A stretch of DNA of 56,177 nt, filler included, from Sluysia triapertura (taxonomy: Eukaryota): assembly GCA_046118255.1 (NCBI GenBank). It is 4 parts of 4 records of this genome, joined end to end, with 100 filler letters (N's around TTAATTAATTAA, not from the genome) between each part and the next. Parts side by side here need not be neighbours in the genome. Positions count along the whole stretch, not along the records: positions 1 to 11,681 come from JBJNIA010180362.1; positions 11,782 to 26,586 come from JBJNIA010248536.1; 2 more parts are not named here. One strand, given 5' to 3'. This document shows positions 1 to 12,080 of the stretch, in pieces. The notes below the pieces were generated by a model. It did not search any database. It worked only from the letters and a program-made list of their open reading frames with translations, and was not told the DNA's origin. The number at the start of each line of letters is the position of its first letter. The first letter of the stretch is position 1. Made by a program: the position numbers and the translations under genes.

Positions 1-665
1 TATATGCAAGATTCTTTGTGTGAAGTGATGCTGTCAGAAATGTATTTCATGTGAGTCCCTTACAATCTTAGTCTTTACACACTAAGGGCTACGTTGTAAG
101 TGGCAAACAAAAGAATAAATATTTGAGGTTAGTAATTATTTTAAGTAATTAGTTATCTATGGATTATAACTATTTTTGTAGGGTAATGTCAATGTAATAA
201 TGTTTTGCCTTATGAAGTTATAAAAATAATTAATCGAAATTTAATAGGTAATAATTTAAGTTGTATTTTTCTACCGTATAATAAAAACGGTAACTTAAAT
301 CCAGTTTTTTAAAGTAAATTTGTGTGGGTTTTGTGTCAGTGTAAAAACACAGTGTACCTTACGTTGAAAATATCAAGTAAAATATAAAAATTCTGTAATG
401 AAAAAATGTATTCAAGACAATTACAAATGAAAACTGCATAAAAGATAAGTAACAATCAATACTTATATTAGCAAATTAATATTTATATCTTTGTGGATAT
501 ATTTTTTGAAATCAGTTTTACGTCACCCAAATTAAAAGGGGCGATAAAATAAAATTTAGTGTGGTTTTACAACCTGTTAAAATAGGCCATCCTATTATAA
601 AAACCTAACGAATAAATTAAACAACTAGAAACCTTTAAGAAGCAATCCTAGTAAACTGTTGGATA
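1..665 (+). repeat. Dispersed 'alpha' family element, long copy
   Basis: Colinear with 55511-56177 through ordered anchors: GAAGTGATGCT 22-32, ATGTGAGTCC 49-58, AGGGCTACGTTG 85-96, AATTTAAxTxGTATTTTTC ~253-271, TCAATACTT ~456, CTAACGA ~605, CAATCC ~644. Confidence 0.8.
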
Positions 666-1059
666 GTGATCCGAACAATTGATAAATTAATAGATATAAT
701 CCTTTAAAGAGAAATCCAAGTGAGACCGTTGAAATCCTTTTAGCGGAAATCCAAAATAACATTTAACAGTATGTATAGTATAATGTGTAAAGTGTGAATA
801 ACGTAGCTTTATAAATACTTATTTGAATGACCTTGAACCATAAGAATTGTTTAATTTATAATTTTATTTCGTATAATAATGGTATTATTAATAATATGCA
901 AGCATTTTATTTTATTTATTTTTTAAAATTAAAAGCATAAAATATCTAAAATTTATTTAAAAGTACAAAATATTAAATTTCTAAAATTACTATTGATTAT
1001 ATTTATTTTTAGAATACGTATTAATAATTACATTTTAATTGAAATGCGAATAGAATTAC

Positions 1060-1500
1060 ATTTTAACTAATTATACATACCGACATATCGACATATATAT
1101 AACAACATTTTATTAGATTATTTAATGTTATCAAATGATTGAAATGATAATTAAAATTGAAAATGGACTTAAGGTCCTTACGGTTATTAGGTTGGAAAGT
1201 ATTTACGGGAAAAAACTTTATTACGATATCATAAAAATCTGTTACAATCAAATTACGAAACTTTATTAAAATTTTAACAAGAATCTTCATTAATAAATAA
1301 ATAAGATAACTAGATTTCGCAAATACTGATAAAACATGTGTTGGATATAAAAGATCATAAAAGGTCTTACATTTTGAAAATTGGGTGAAACTCGAAATTC
1401 GATCAGTGAAAAAAACTTCCGATGCATGAGAATTTTGAATTTTCAGTCTATATCTGTAGGGATTGCGCATATATGTGAACTCGAGCATAAAGCATTTGAA
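1060..1500 (+). repeat. Alpha family copy with GGAC-TTAAG-GTCC hairpin; 141-aa ORF on the opposite strand
   Basis: Hairpin at 1165-1177. The antisense ORF 1063-1488 aligns with the ORFs at 15647, 26219 and 51277 (YLL..VTDF..DLKS..LIKCC vs YLL..STNL..GLKP..LINCC). Confidence 0.7.
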
Positions 1501-1559
1501 TATAAACTTCTAGAATGAATTTCTCTTTAACATCACCATAGTGCGTTGGGGCAACATTA

Positions 1560-2077
1560 AGTAAGTTGCTGTTCAAGACGTTAATTCATCTGTTGAATCT
1601 ACGACCAAGTAATACGCAATCGAGTTTTTGAATTCAATTAAATCATCTAATAGTTTCCCAACAATTAGAGCATGCATCCATGAAATAACTAAGTTACACC
1701 ACTTCCAAACTTCATCTTTGCCATGTTTTTGAATGGAACTCGGAATATACCATGATCTACCTAATCTATTCAATAAGTGACATTTTCCTATGACGATAAT
1801 CATCACAGAAAAAACACATTTTGTATTTACGTATTGAAATTCATCACAATTCAACTTCGAGTCCAAGTTTACAGCCATGTTTAGACTTCTGATTCTAAGT
1901 GTCATGACTTGAATAAAAATTTTTTTCATTTGTCTACAATACATTTCTTGTTTTCTTTAGTTTGATCGCCACATATGACCACATAGTAATAATTGGTTTC
2001 ATATTTACATTCATGGTAAAAGTGCATCATTTGTATATAGATTTTTCTTTTAAAAGTGATGTCTTTATTCCATATTA
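1560..2077 (-). repeat. Two tandem shortened alpha copies (about 2077-1730 and 1726-1560)
   Basis: Minus strand shows AATATGG..AAATGATGCA..TATGTGGTC, then AACATGGC..GAAGTGGTGT..TATTTCATGG..GTCGTAGATTCAAC (compare AGTCGTAGATGACAAC at 33934). Confidence 0.5.
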
Positions 2078-2855
2078 AATTATTATTTAAATTATTTTTT
2101 GTTAACATATTAAACAATTTTTCTTTTTAAAAAATTTTTAATCACTTAATATTTAAACATTGCTCATTCTTTATCTTTCTATTTCTATGAACAAGAAAAA
2201 AATAAAACGGAACATTCAACAAACAAAGAATTACATACATAAATAAAAAAGAATAAAGTGAGAAAGTTACGTAAATGTTCTAGGAAGTGATGGTGAGGAA
2301 GAATAGAAAAGGCGTTTGTAGGGAATTCACATCCAAAACACAAGCATACTTCATCACATAAAACATCTCTCACATATACAGAACATTAAACAAACTACTT
2401 GACTCATTCAAAAAACAAACCTAGTCATTGTACATAATTATCATGAACTATAATTATTGTTATCATAAATCCAATCGCATTAAAATATATAATAATTATT
2501 ACCATTATTCTCATATAATATGGTTACCATGATCATCATATAATAACATTTTAAAACATAATTACGTTATTGTGATCGTTATTATTTCTTTTATCTTTAA
2601 CTTCAACCTTTCTTCTTGTATTCTTTTGTTTGTCTGAATTTATACGATTGTGTGAATCTGTTCAATTTATTTGACATTCTTCTGGTGCATTTTTATCAAA
2701 TTATCAAAGAATAAGAGTTGAACTTGTTCGTAGAAGATTAAAATTAACATAAAAATTATCTGGTCAAATTAAGATCCATAGTAAATCTAGTGAAGCAATT
2801 TTTTATATAAACACGAAGGTGAATATAAAAAATTTAAAATTGAAAAACAAAAAAA

Positions 2856-3310
2856 ATGAAAGAATTACTTAATAATTTCGAAGATATTCAATATAATGTT
2901 GTGAAAATCAGTAATGAAAAACGAAAGTATAAAGAAATATTCTATGAAACAAAAAAACGAGTGGAAGAAAACCAGTATTTTGTGCTGAATTCCGAAGCCA
3001 GAATTCAGACATAATTTGTCTCAACGATAATGTTCACTGAAACAAGACAATGAAACTTACAAAAAATTATTTGTGAAACTAATAATAAAAACTTGAATGA
3101 TGTACTATACAAAGTAAAACTTGTATCTAACTAACAAATTGAAAATTTGACTCGAGAGATACACCATTATCAAAATGAAAATGGGGATTAGCACAAAAAT
3201 CATTTGAAAAAAGCAGAAGAAATTATTTTATCTAAAATCAAATTGATAACTAGTTTAGAGATGAAATTGGCAAGTTATGATCAAGAATTTTCAAGACTTA
3301 ATAAATGAAA
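2856..3310 (+). pseudogene. Disrupted coiled-coil protein-like remnant
   Basis: E/K/N-rich heptad-like peptides (MKELLNNFEDIQYNVVKISNEKRKYKE.., LKKAEEIILSKIKLITSLEMKLASYDQEFSRL) broken by stops and frameshifts; family not identified. Confidence 0.3.
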
Positions 3311-4181
3311 TAATGACGAATAAGCTTCATTATGACTTATTTGTAAACGATTCTTTTACCTGAAAATGTAAAGATAAAAAAATAAAAATTAACAAAAATA
3401 AAATATTATAGATCAATAATCCTGTATATAATTGATATTATTAAATAAAAAATATCAATAAATGAAAAATAAGAAAACGTCAAATAGAAATGATTTCAGT
3501 ATATTGATAATTTCTATAATGAAATTACATCTAAATACAATGTCAATAATTTAAAGTTAACTCTTAAATTTATAATCCTGGCCAGTTTTGCAGTATTATT
3601 GACAAATGGGAAATGTGTAGCAGACGATAACTTTGACTTAACTCTAAGATTTATATTTTATTTTTCAATTATAGTTATACTTTCTCACTCCATTTATCTA
3701 AAATACAAAAAGCCCTACCCAAAAGGTCAGTTAGTTAAGGCGTTTAATTAAGGAATTTATGTCAGCAAAATATTGTGCCATTATAGGATTTAATGTTGAT
3801 CGATTCGAGACCACATTCTGTCGGTACTAAACATCAAGTTTATTTAAGACCCTTAGAAGCATGTGTTGATAAAATGAATAATTTTACAATGCCTTTAAAG
3901 CCAGTGAAACTACATGCTCCTGCTCAACGTTATGTAGAAGAATTAAAGAACACATTGACATGTGCTAAATTAGAAAGATTAAGACCTTGCTTTATGTAAT
4001 TTGTTACCATCAAAAGTTATTCCGATGTCAAATATTATTGTTAATAGCATGGAAGTAATTATCGATTTCATTACACTTTCGACTCGTTCAAAAATAAAAA
4101 ATGAATAATGAAATAAATCGATAAATAAAAAATAACATCAGTTTTTTTAATAATATTTTTTCGATTGTAATTTTAAATAAT

Positions 4182-4349
4182 TATTTAATATGTAATAATA
4201 AAGATGTAATAATTCACGATGGTAAGATTTATCATAAAAATTGCTTTCACTGTACAAAACGAAAAACATTTTTATCAGTAACTACCTTTAATCTTTATAA
4301 TGACAGTCCTTTTTGTAAAATACATTTAATGGTGATTATATTGAAGTGA
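4182..4349 (+). pseudogene. Degenerate LIM zinc-finger domain
   Basis: Translates YLICNNKDVIIHDGKIYHKNCFHCTKRKTFLSVTTFNLYNDSPFCKIH. This is the LIM pattern with the first Cys changed to Tyr and CxxC changed to CxxR. Confidence 0.7.
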
Positions 4350-5374
4350 ATGTTGAAACCAAGTATGGTAAATGTCTTATATCACCTGTGGCTTACCAAT
4401 CACTTATTGCACTGATTTATTTGCACTATAATGAGCGTATTATTCAGAGAACAATAATAGGACTTGACTGGAACCCAGAATCTTCTCGATAAGCACCCAG
4501 TTGGTCTATCGCTTAGTTATCATTAGGTTGATAACGTACTCTTATTGAGCTTTTTATTTTACAAAAGCTTGCAACTACAGAGAAATAGTTGTAGTTAGTA
4601 TATGTAGAATATCAATAAGATTTCAGTGATATTGGAGAGGATCCGACTCAACTATCTCTTTTGAAATAAAGTCCTGTTAACACGTTCCAGATGGGCTCGA
4701 TTCTTATTTTTAGGACTTTTATTGCTATTTCTTAAACCATTGCTGAATGGTTCTAATATTTGTTTTTCCCTGTAAATGCTTTATTAATGTTTCTCGTATT
4801 TTCTGATGCATTGCTAATGATAATTTGATGAACTTGTTAAAAAATTGATGAAAATAATTAATTTTAATTATAATTTAAAATTTAAATAATAAAATTTTAA
4901 ACTGTTTTATTACTTTTATTCACTTTAAGTATTAAATATTTTAAATATTAAAAATAGGTTTCATTCTAATATTTATTTTTATTTGGTTGTAAAAATTCTT
5001 TATTTTAAATTATTATTAAGTTATAACTTTATTAGAATTCCGGGAACATTTAATTTTCATAAATTATAAATTGGAACGTTTTATGATTACTCTCTATATC
5101 AAGGAGGTTGGTGTAGAATTCGACTGCGATAGAGATGGAAGTGCAAAATGAATTTAAAAAGCTCTATTTCTATACTCAAAAATAAATTAAACTCTTAACA
5201 CGCTAAGATTTATTTAATAAACATACAACAATTTGGATATATAAGTAGGTTGTAAACAAACATGTAATTATTATTATTTTATTTAAAGATTTGGCTAATT
5301 TAATTAATTTAAATTTAGTTTAGGTATATTATTTGCTGAAAATTTTCAAATGTTAGTTTTTAAACTATTAAATA

Positions 5375-5700
5375 TTAGGCCTACCAGAAAGTTCTGTCCG
5401 ATATCAACATATATGAGCATATTAATCTGAGACATATAGTTATCTGTCTTTTTCACTACATGTATGCGCACCTGAACTTGTAAATTAACTATAACGTAGA
5501 TGGCTTATGTTAGTATTAAGTGTGACTCATTTGTGTAAACATGGGTACTGATAAACAAAATCTAATCCTTCATGGACCGGATGATAACTGGGAATGAGAA
5601 GTGGATTACCAATAAAAACATAGTAAAAAAGGAGTGTACTGTGAACCCGGATAACCTGGCCCCTCCAACCCTAAACCGAGCTAGAATCTGCACAAGAGAA
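5375..5700 (+). mobile_element. Mariner (Tc1/mariner) 5' relic with internal deletion
   Basis: TA followed by TIR-like TTAGGCCTACCAGAAAGTTCTGTCCGA; ATG at 5541; FMDRMITGNEKWIT from 5569 matches the mariner ITGDEKW motif with the catalytic D changed to N. No right TIR found. Confidence 0.8.
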
Positions 5701-6694
5701 TATCATAATAATCTTGCTTATTACTTTTATTTTTAGTTACTTTATTAATTTAAGTATCATTATTAATGGTACTGTAATGCATTTTTATTCGTTTTTTTAA
5801 ATTTTTTGGAATATGTTTGTTATATTTTATAATTCAAATTATTGCAAACATTAACTCGAAAAATATATTAAATTTGAATTAGAATGTAATTAGCCTCTGA
5901 TATTGCAAGATTTATTCAAAATTATTCAAAGTCTTAATTATCTGAAGACCTAAAAGTAACTGAACACTCGAACACCAAGGAATAACCAAAATTTAGATTA
6001 AGGATACATTTATCCTTTTACAAACTTTTAGTTTAAAAGAAAAAAATCACTCTATTTACAAACCAAGTTGTAATCAAGATATGTTCAAATTTTTCTATAG
6101 ATATCCAAACTTTGAACCAGTACTCTCCTTAGAACGCATTATTTTTGTACATATTTTTAGTATATTACATCACAAGCTACAAATTCTTACGATTTAATCC
6201 GTTCCATTTACTTACACAGACCTTTGTAATTTTATTTATTAAATTACATTTCTTTTCCTTTATTCAAATAAACATAATTTACTATTATCATTCTTCTCCA
6301 CTTATCCAAATAAATTTACTCTTTATCAAAATTTATCAAAATCTACTTCTTAGCAATTCATAAAGTAAAATTAAAAAAAATAAATTATAAAAATATTGAT
6401 TTTTTAAATCAAATTGATGTGATAAAGTTTGGTCTACTACGGGAAATGTTGGCTCTGTTGTAAAAAAAATTTCAATTAATGAATCAACAACAAATATACC
6501 TTTAAATTATCAAACAGAAATAATTGTAGTGTCACACCTGCACACATCATTTTATTGTTAAATCCACAAATACAATTCACTTCAAATTTTTTCATGAACA
6601 TTTCATTCACCCTGTAACATCATCATATCTCGCACAACTTATAAATTCATTCGACAAGATTATTAACACACAAGTTTTATTATTTATAGATTAA

Positions 6695-6932
6695 CCCTTT
6701 CAGCCCCGAATTTTTTTTCCTTAAGATATATGGTGATTTATTGTCTTTATAGATGATTTTTGCACAAATATGGCGGCGCTCTGATGCTACGTAATTACGT
6801 TCAAGGTAATCTTTATATCTGGAGGAAGCTAAAATTATGCTCTTCGTATTACTTTAGTAGGATCTTGTATAGCAGTTGTGTAAGAGAAAAAATCGCCATT
6901 GACACCATATGGCGGTCCCGGGGCTGAAAGGG
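6695..6932. mobile_element. piggyBac-type MITE
   Basis: Perfect 14-bp TIRs CCCTTTCAGCCCCG / CGGGGCTGAAAGGG flanked by TTAA on both sides (6691-6694, 6933-6936). Confidence 0.92.
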
Positions 6933-8485
6933 TTAAAGAGATTTAAATCAGTTTCTTAGCACATAAATTCGCTTGGTTACGATTTGGTGTTAAGTGACGA
7001 ATTAAAATTGTATAATAGTGAGAAAGAAAGATGGAGAAGATCTAGATAAGTTAAATTCACTTAACAAAGAAATGATCGAAAATAGATCTATGTACGATAT
7101 ATACTTACGTATGAACAAAATTCTACCTGGTGAAACTAAAATTTTCATACTAAGAATATTTTCACGAATACATTACTTTTTACTTAATGGTTCACAATGA
7201 TGTTAGTATCCTTACGAAAGTTTAAAGTGACAAATGAGACTTTCAAATTCAATACAATCCACTCGTTAAATTTTATGACGTCAACATCAATGTACTTTTC
7301 TAATGCATCGAATACAATTGTAAAACATTCAATAACATACAAATATATCCCATTATAAAAATGGTACTGTTGAGTAGATGTAAGGGTTATAACTTATGGT
7401 AAACGAGTAAAGTAAGTATTATTGAGACAATAAAATAAAAATTATGGTGAGTTATGTTCATTAACTCATGTACAAAATATTTGAATTAAAATAAAAGGAA
7501 AATTTATGAAGAAAGAACTCTCTATAAGACCTTAATCGTTAAAATATAAAAGTGCATTTTAATTAATTTAGTTAAAATTGTTTAACGTAATAATTTCGCG
7601 AAAAATGTCCGCATGCTAAAGTAACATTAGAATTTCAACAGTATTTCTACTGCTGAAATGTTACGAAGCACGTCGACGTAGATAACGTAAAAATTATTTA
7701 CTTTAATTAATTTTTATAATTTAAAATCAAATTCATATACGCAATACTTAAGTATAATCAAAGTATATATTAAATTTATGCTCACTAAGATACCAATTCA
7801 GTTACTGAATATTGAGGTCGAGGTGTTACGTACGGTTAACGTATAGTATAAAAACTTTTATAGAAAAGAAATTTGGCATTTAATTAATTTTGTTATTTTA
7901 AGTTGATTTATTATTTGAAGCGTAAATATACGTGTTATAATAATAGTGAATTTTGATTTTGTTACGTTAATAGAATAAGAGAATTGTTCGTCATTATCTT
8001 TGGGTAATTAAGGGAGATAATAAATTTGAATTCGACGGAAATTATCGTCGAAGTTTAATTATTAAAATTGGTCGGATTGTAATCGACTCAAAAGAATGAA
8101 TAATTTTACGAAATTATTATTTCAATTTTCCAATTTTAATCTCCATAGCAATTACCAAACGATTTTCCTTAAAATTAAAACAAATAAGATATCTAGACAA
8201 GTCAGAAGAAAAAGAATAAAACTTCACTTCAAATAAGAGAGCTACTTCAACACATTTGTGATAGCATTGTGCTTGAAGATAAATCTTTAGCAATTGACAG
8301 CCTTATAAACAGTATTACTATCATTGCGGTTAGTGATTCACGTTCTTGTTATTTTATTTTGTTTAATACGGATCTCAACTTTAGTGTTGAAATGTTAGAT
8401 GTAATATGATATTTTCTAAGAAATACGTTATTTATAATTATAAAAGATTCGTTTACGATTGTTGTCAGTAATAAAACATCTTTAA

Positions 8486-8778
8486 CCCCTTCCCTGTTTA
8501 TTCCTTATATTTGTGGGGTAACTAAAACTGACCAGAGCATAAAATCCCGTATACATACAGACCAAAGTGTAATCTTCATAATATTTATAAAACGACGTCG
8601 GAAATATCTTTATACACTACTTTTATTATTATTTAATATTACTTTGTACGTTTTATTACCATGTTTGTCTAGTTTTATTTGTTTTTCTATTCGGAAAAAG
8701 TATTTTGCCTTCGCATTTTCACTAAAAAATAGCCAGTTTTCGACTATTCACTTGAAAAATAAATAAACAAGGTGGGGG
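8486..8778. mobile_element. piggyBac-type MITE (second, older family)
   Basis: TTAA on both sides; imperfect TIRs CCCCTTCCCTGTTTATT vs reverse complement CCCCCACCTTGTTTATT (14/17). Confidence 0.8.
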
Positions 8779-11014
8779 TTAATGCACTAACATTGGTTAA
8801 ATAAAATTTAATTAAATTATCGGTATTGTAAACGAAATGTGGTGGTTCGACACTACTGTTCAAAATATTGTTATAACACAAAAATTAATTCCCATTCAAT
8901 AATATAAACACCTAACTGTTCTCATAAAACAATAAAATAAACTTAAAAATAAATAAAAGAAATTATAACAATAAAATTTCTATTGTAACATTCTATCTTA
9001 ATTGTCTTCCTAATGCACTCTTTCACTTATTGTTCGACAATATATAGATAATTCTGCATTTCTTTATCCATGTCAACGTAGTTAGTGTGTGAGCCTACGC
9101 TTTACAACCACAGTCACAACTAAGTCATGTTTTTCAAAAAAGTCAACAAAATTGTAGTCTGTGGTTTTTCTAACACTTAACCTACGGCAAAATAATTTTT
9201 AGCAGGGTTCGGTTACAGTAAGCGTCTTACAACGTATCGTTGGCACACCTGTAACTAATAAGTTAAAGATCACTTAAAAATAATGTCGCTATTAAATAAA
9301 TTAACTTAGGATGGTCTTCAACTACTAAATAAACTCAATAATTTACTAATTAATTAACACAAAAATCAAATTATTTTATTAGAAAAATATAAACTTAAAG
9401 ATAATAGGTTATAAAGATAAAACTAAATAAATATTATTAAAGATTAAAGTTCCGAGAGCGTTTAATCTAATTCTAATAAAAATTTAAGTTGAGTTTACTC
9501 CTCAATATATCGGGGACTCAAAAAACTTTATAAATTAATAGATAATTCGCGTGTATTTTAAGATTTTAACTTCGAAAGTTGAAATCCAACCTAACAAATA
9601 CATAAGTTACCAGATTCCTAATTCGATTTCCAAATTCCAAAATTGTCACGATTAATTCGAAGACATTAAAATCCAATAAAGTATTGTAAATGGCGACTGA
9701 TAAATATGATAACTAACAAATATGGCGACTATTAACTATAGCGATTTTCATTGTATGATGCCAATTTATATACTAGTCATCATCCAATGAAAATCGATGG
9801 AATGTTCTATAATATTCTAGAACATTCTAGAAGCTTCTAATCTATTTTTAGAAGCTTATTTTCTATTTGCGAAATTTTATTTTCTTTTTTGGAAAATAAA
9901 CGTTTTTTGATTAATTTTAATTGATTTTATAATAATTTTAAATGATTGTTTCGTGATTTTAATTAATTTTAAGGTGCTATTATGTTTTAGAGCTATTTTG
10001 TAGGGTTGTGATGGGAACCTAACATATGAAATACGTTAGAATATAATTAATAATAATAATAACAATAATGGTAATGGAACTACTTCGTCATTCTTGCAGG
10101 TATGAAAGAAATTATTCGAAAAAACTATTCTCAGTAATCTTCTTTAATTTATTTTAGTTTCTGTATTAATCTCATTGATAACTCTATCGCAATTCCATAA
10201 TGAACTTCAAATTGTTCATCGAAATCATTGGGTAGTAATAATGGATTTCTTTCACAGTTTATATATTAATTTGAAATTTAGTATGGCATGGCAGTCAATG
10301 ATATGAGTGCCCATTTCATCTACTGATCTTGATCAAAAATTATTTTACAAATATTTTAAGTAAATATTTTATAATTTGAAATGAACAACCAATTGTTATC
10401 AATAATTAAATTTCCAATAAATTATAAAATTCAAATAAATCTTACCGTGTTAAGTGTTTTGTGTATAGAGAATTATAAAATTTAATAAATTTTGCATTTG
10501 TACCTTCAGAAACTTTCATAATATTATGGATAGTGTTTTATTCGAAATAAAGATACTTAACACATAATAAAATATAAAACATTCGCATAATTTAAAATAA
10601 TATTTTTATTTTTATTTTACATAGTATTATATGAAATTCATTGTAAATCTGTGGGATCATCAGCAATTTGTTTTTAAAAATATTAATTATTCATTTAACA
10701 TATTTCTTTCAGAGAATAAATGTTGTATATTTTGTGATTCTCAAACTATGTAAAGTAAAATATTTAAATGTGAATAAAATTTACAATCTTTGTAACTAAC
10801 CAATGAGCTGTCAGTCCACTCTGACAATTTATTTTTAGTAAATTATTGACATTTTTTGGCTTTAAAAATATTTTAGTACTATAAATATTATCCTAATTAG
10901 TCAAAATTTATACATTTCTTTCTGTTTTATAATTAAGTTTGATGTATTTTATTTAAGACGGTTAAAATAAATTAATTAAAATAATATTAATTTTAAAATT
11001 AAAGTATATAATTC

Positions 11015-12080
11015 ATTGTGGGCAAGCAACTTTACCTAATTTTTATTATAAAATATTGATCCAAATAAAATATTGATTTTAATCGGGTTCACCTATAGTT
11101 GATTATTTATAACCTTACTGGTGGATATTAAACATAATATAACAACTAAATTTTCGCGATTGTGAGTGTCTCTGACCACATTAAGATCTATAACTTTAAA
11201 AGAAAGTAATGTTAAATAATTAATTTAGACCATTGCAACAAAAAATTAATGCAAGTTTATATCACTAATAACAAAAAAATTCAAGTACTCGAATGTATAT
11301 TTTTGATGCAATAACCGCACATAGTAAAAGAATTAACAACTATGATTTGTATAAATGTGCTAATAATAATGATAGAATTGTAAATATTAAAACTTAAAAG
11401 TTTTAGACAACAATTAAACAACATTAATGAAATTGGAAAAATAAATTTTAATTATTTTTAATTAATTTTGGTTGATTGTAAATTAATTAAAAAGTACAAA
11501 ACTCTAAACTTTTTCAATTAATAAAATAGATTAAATTAAAGAGATAAAAAGAATCTAAAACTTTAAACTTTTCAATTAATAAAACAAATTATTCTAAATT
11601 AAAAAGATAAAAAGAGTCTAAAACTTTAAACTAAACAGATAAAAAATCTAAAAATTTAATTTTTAATAAAGATAAAATTAANNNNNNNNNNNNNNNNNNN
11701 NNNNNNNNNNNNNNNNNNNNNNNNNTTAATTAATTAANNNNNNNNNNNNNNNNNNNNNNNNNNNNNNNNNNNNNNNNNNNNATCAACCATCATTTAATCT
11801 TAAATAATTTACTTAAATTACTTCTCACATTAAAATAAGTATTGCTGGATTTTTATTAACATCTGAGCGAACCTAACTTATCCATCAAATTATTTTAAAT
11901 TCTAGGTTCACCTATAGTAAAAGACTTAAAACTTAGAGAAGGCTTTCCTACAGGATTTTATTAAACAAATATATTAATGATTTTTTTATATTAAATTAGT
12001 TAATTGAAAGTATTTATTTATTTTTGCTACAAAGTTTATTCTTTAAAGTTATTATTTTGTCACGATAATGTGAAACGTTA
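11015..12080 (+). repeat. Pair of diverged direct copies (about 11015-11200 and 11860-12080), probably alpha-related
   Basis: Shared 14-mer GGTTCACCTATAGT at 11086-11099 and 11905-11918 with colinear flanks (ACCTAA..ATCCA.. upstream, TATTAAACA..AATAT downstream). Confidence 0.65.
11682..11781. other. Scaffolding gap with artificial TTAATTAATTAA linker
   Basis: N44-TTAATTAATTAA-N44 (100 nt); identical construct at 26587-26686 and 45294-45393. Confidence 0.97.

Noticed and set aside
1-56. Apparent exon end with a GTGAGT donor; NVFHVSPL resembling a gypsy integrase tail
   Set aside because: Both fall in the conserved alpha head block and neither reading is kept in other copies.
1545-1556. GTTGGGGCAAC resembling mitochondrial 16S rRNA (NUMT idea for alpha)
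   Set aside because: Other universal rRNA motifs (GGGATAAC, CCTCGATGTTG, GTGCCAGC) are not present in order.
10004-10360. Candidate small exons with GT-AG boundaries
   Set aside because: No phase-consistent open splice path and no recognisable product.
11726-11737. TTAATTAATTAA islands inside N runs (three times)
   Set aside because: Fixed N44-linker-N44 format with stops in all six frames; an assembly linker, not biology.
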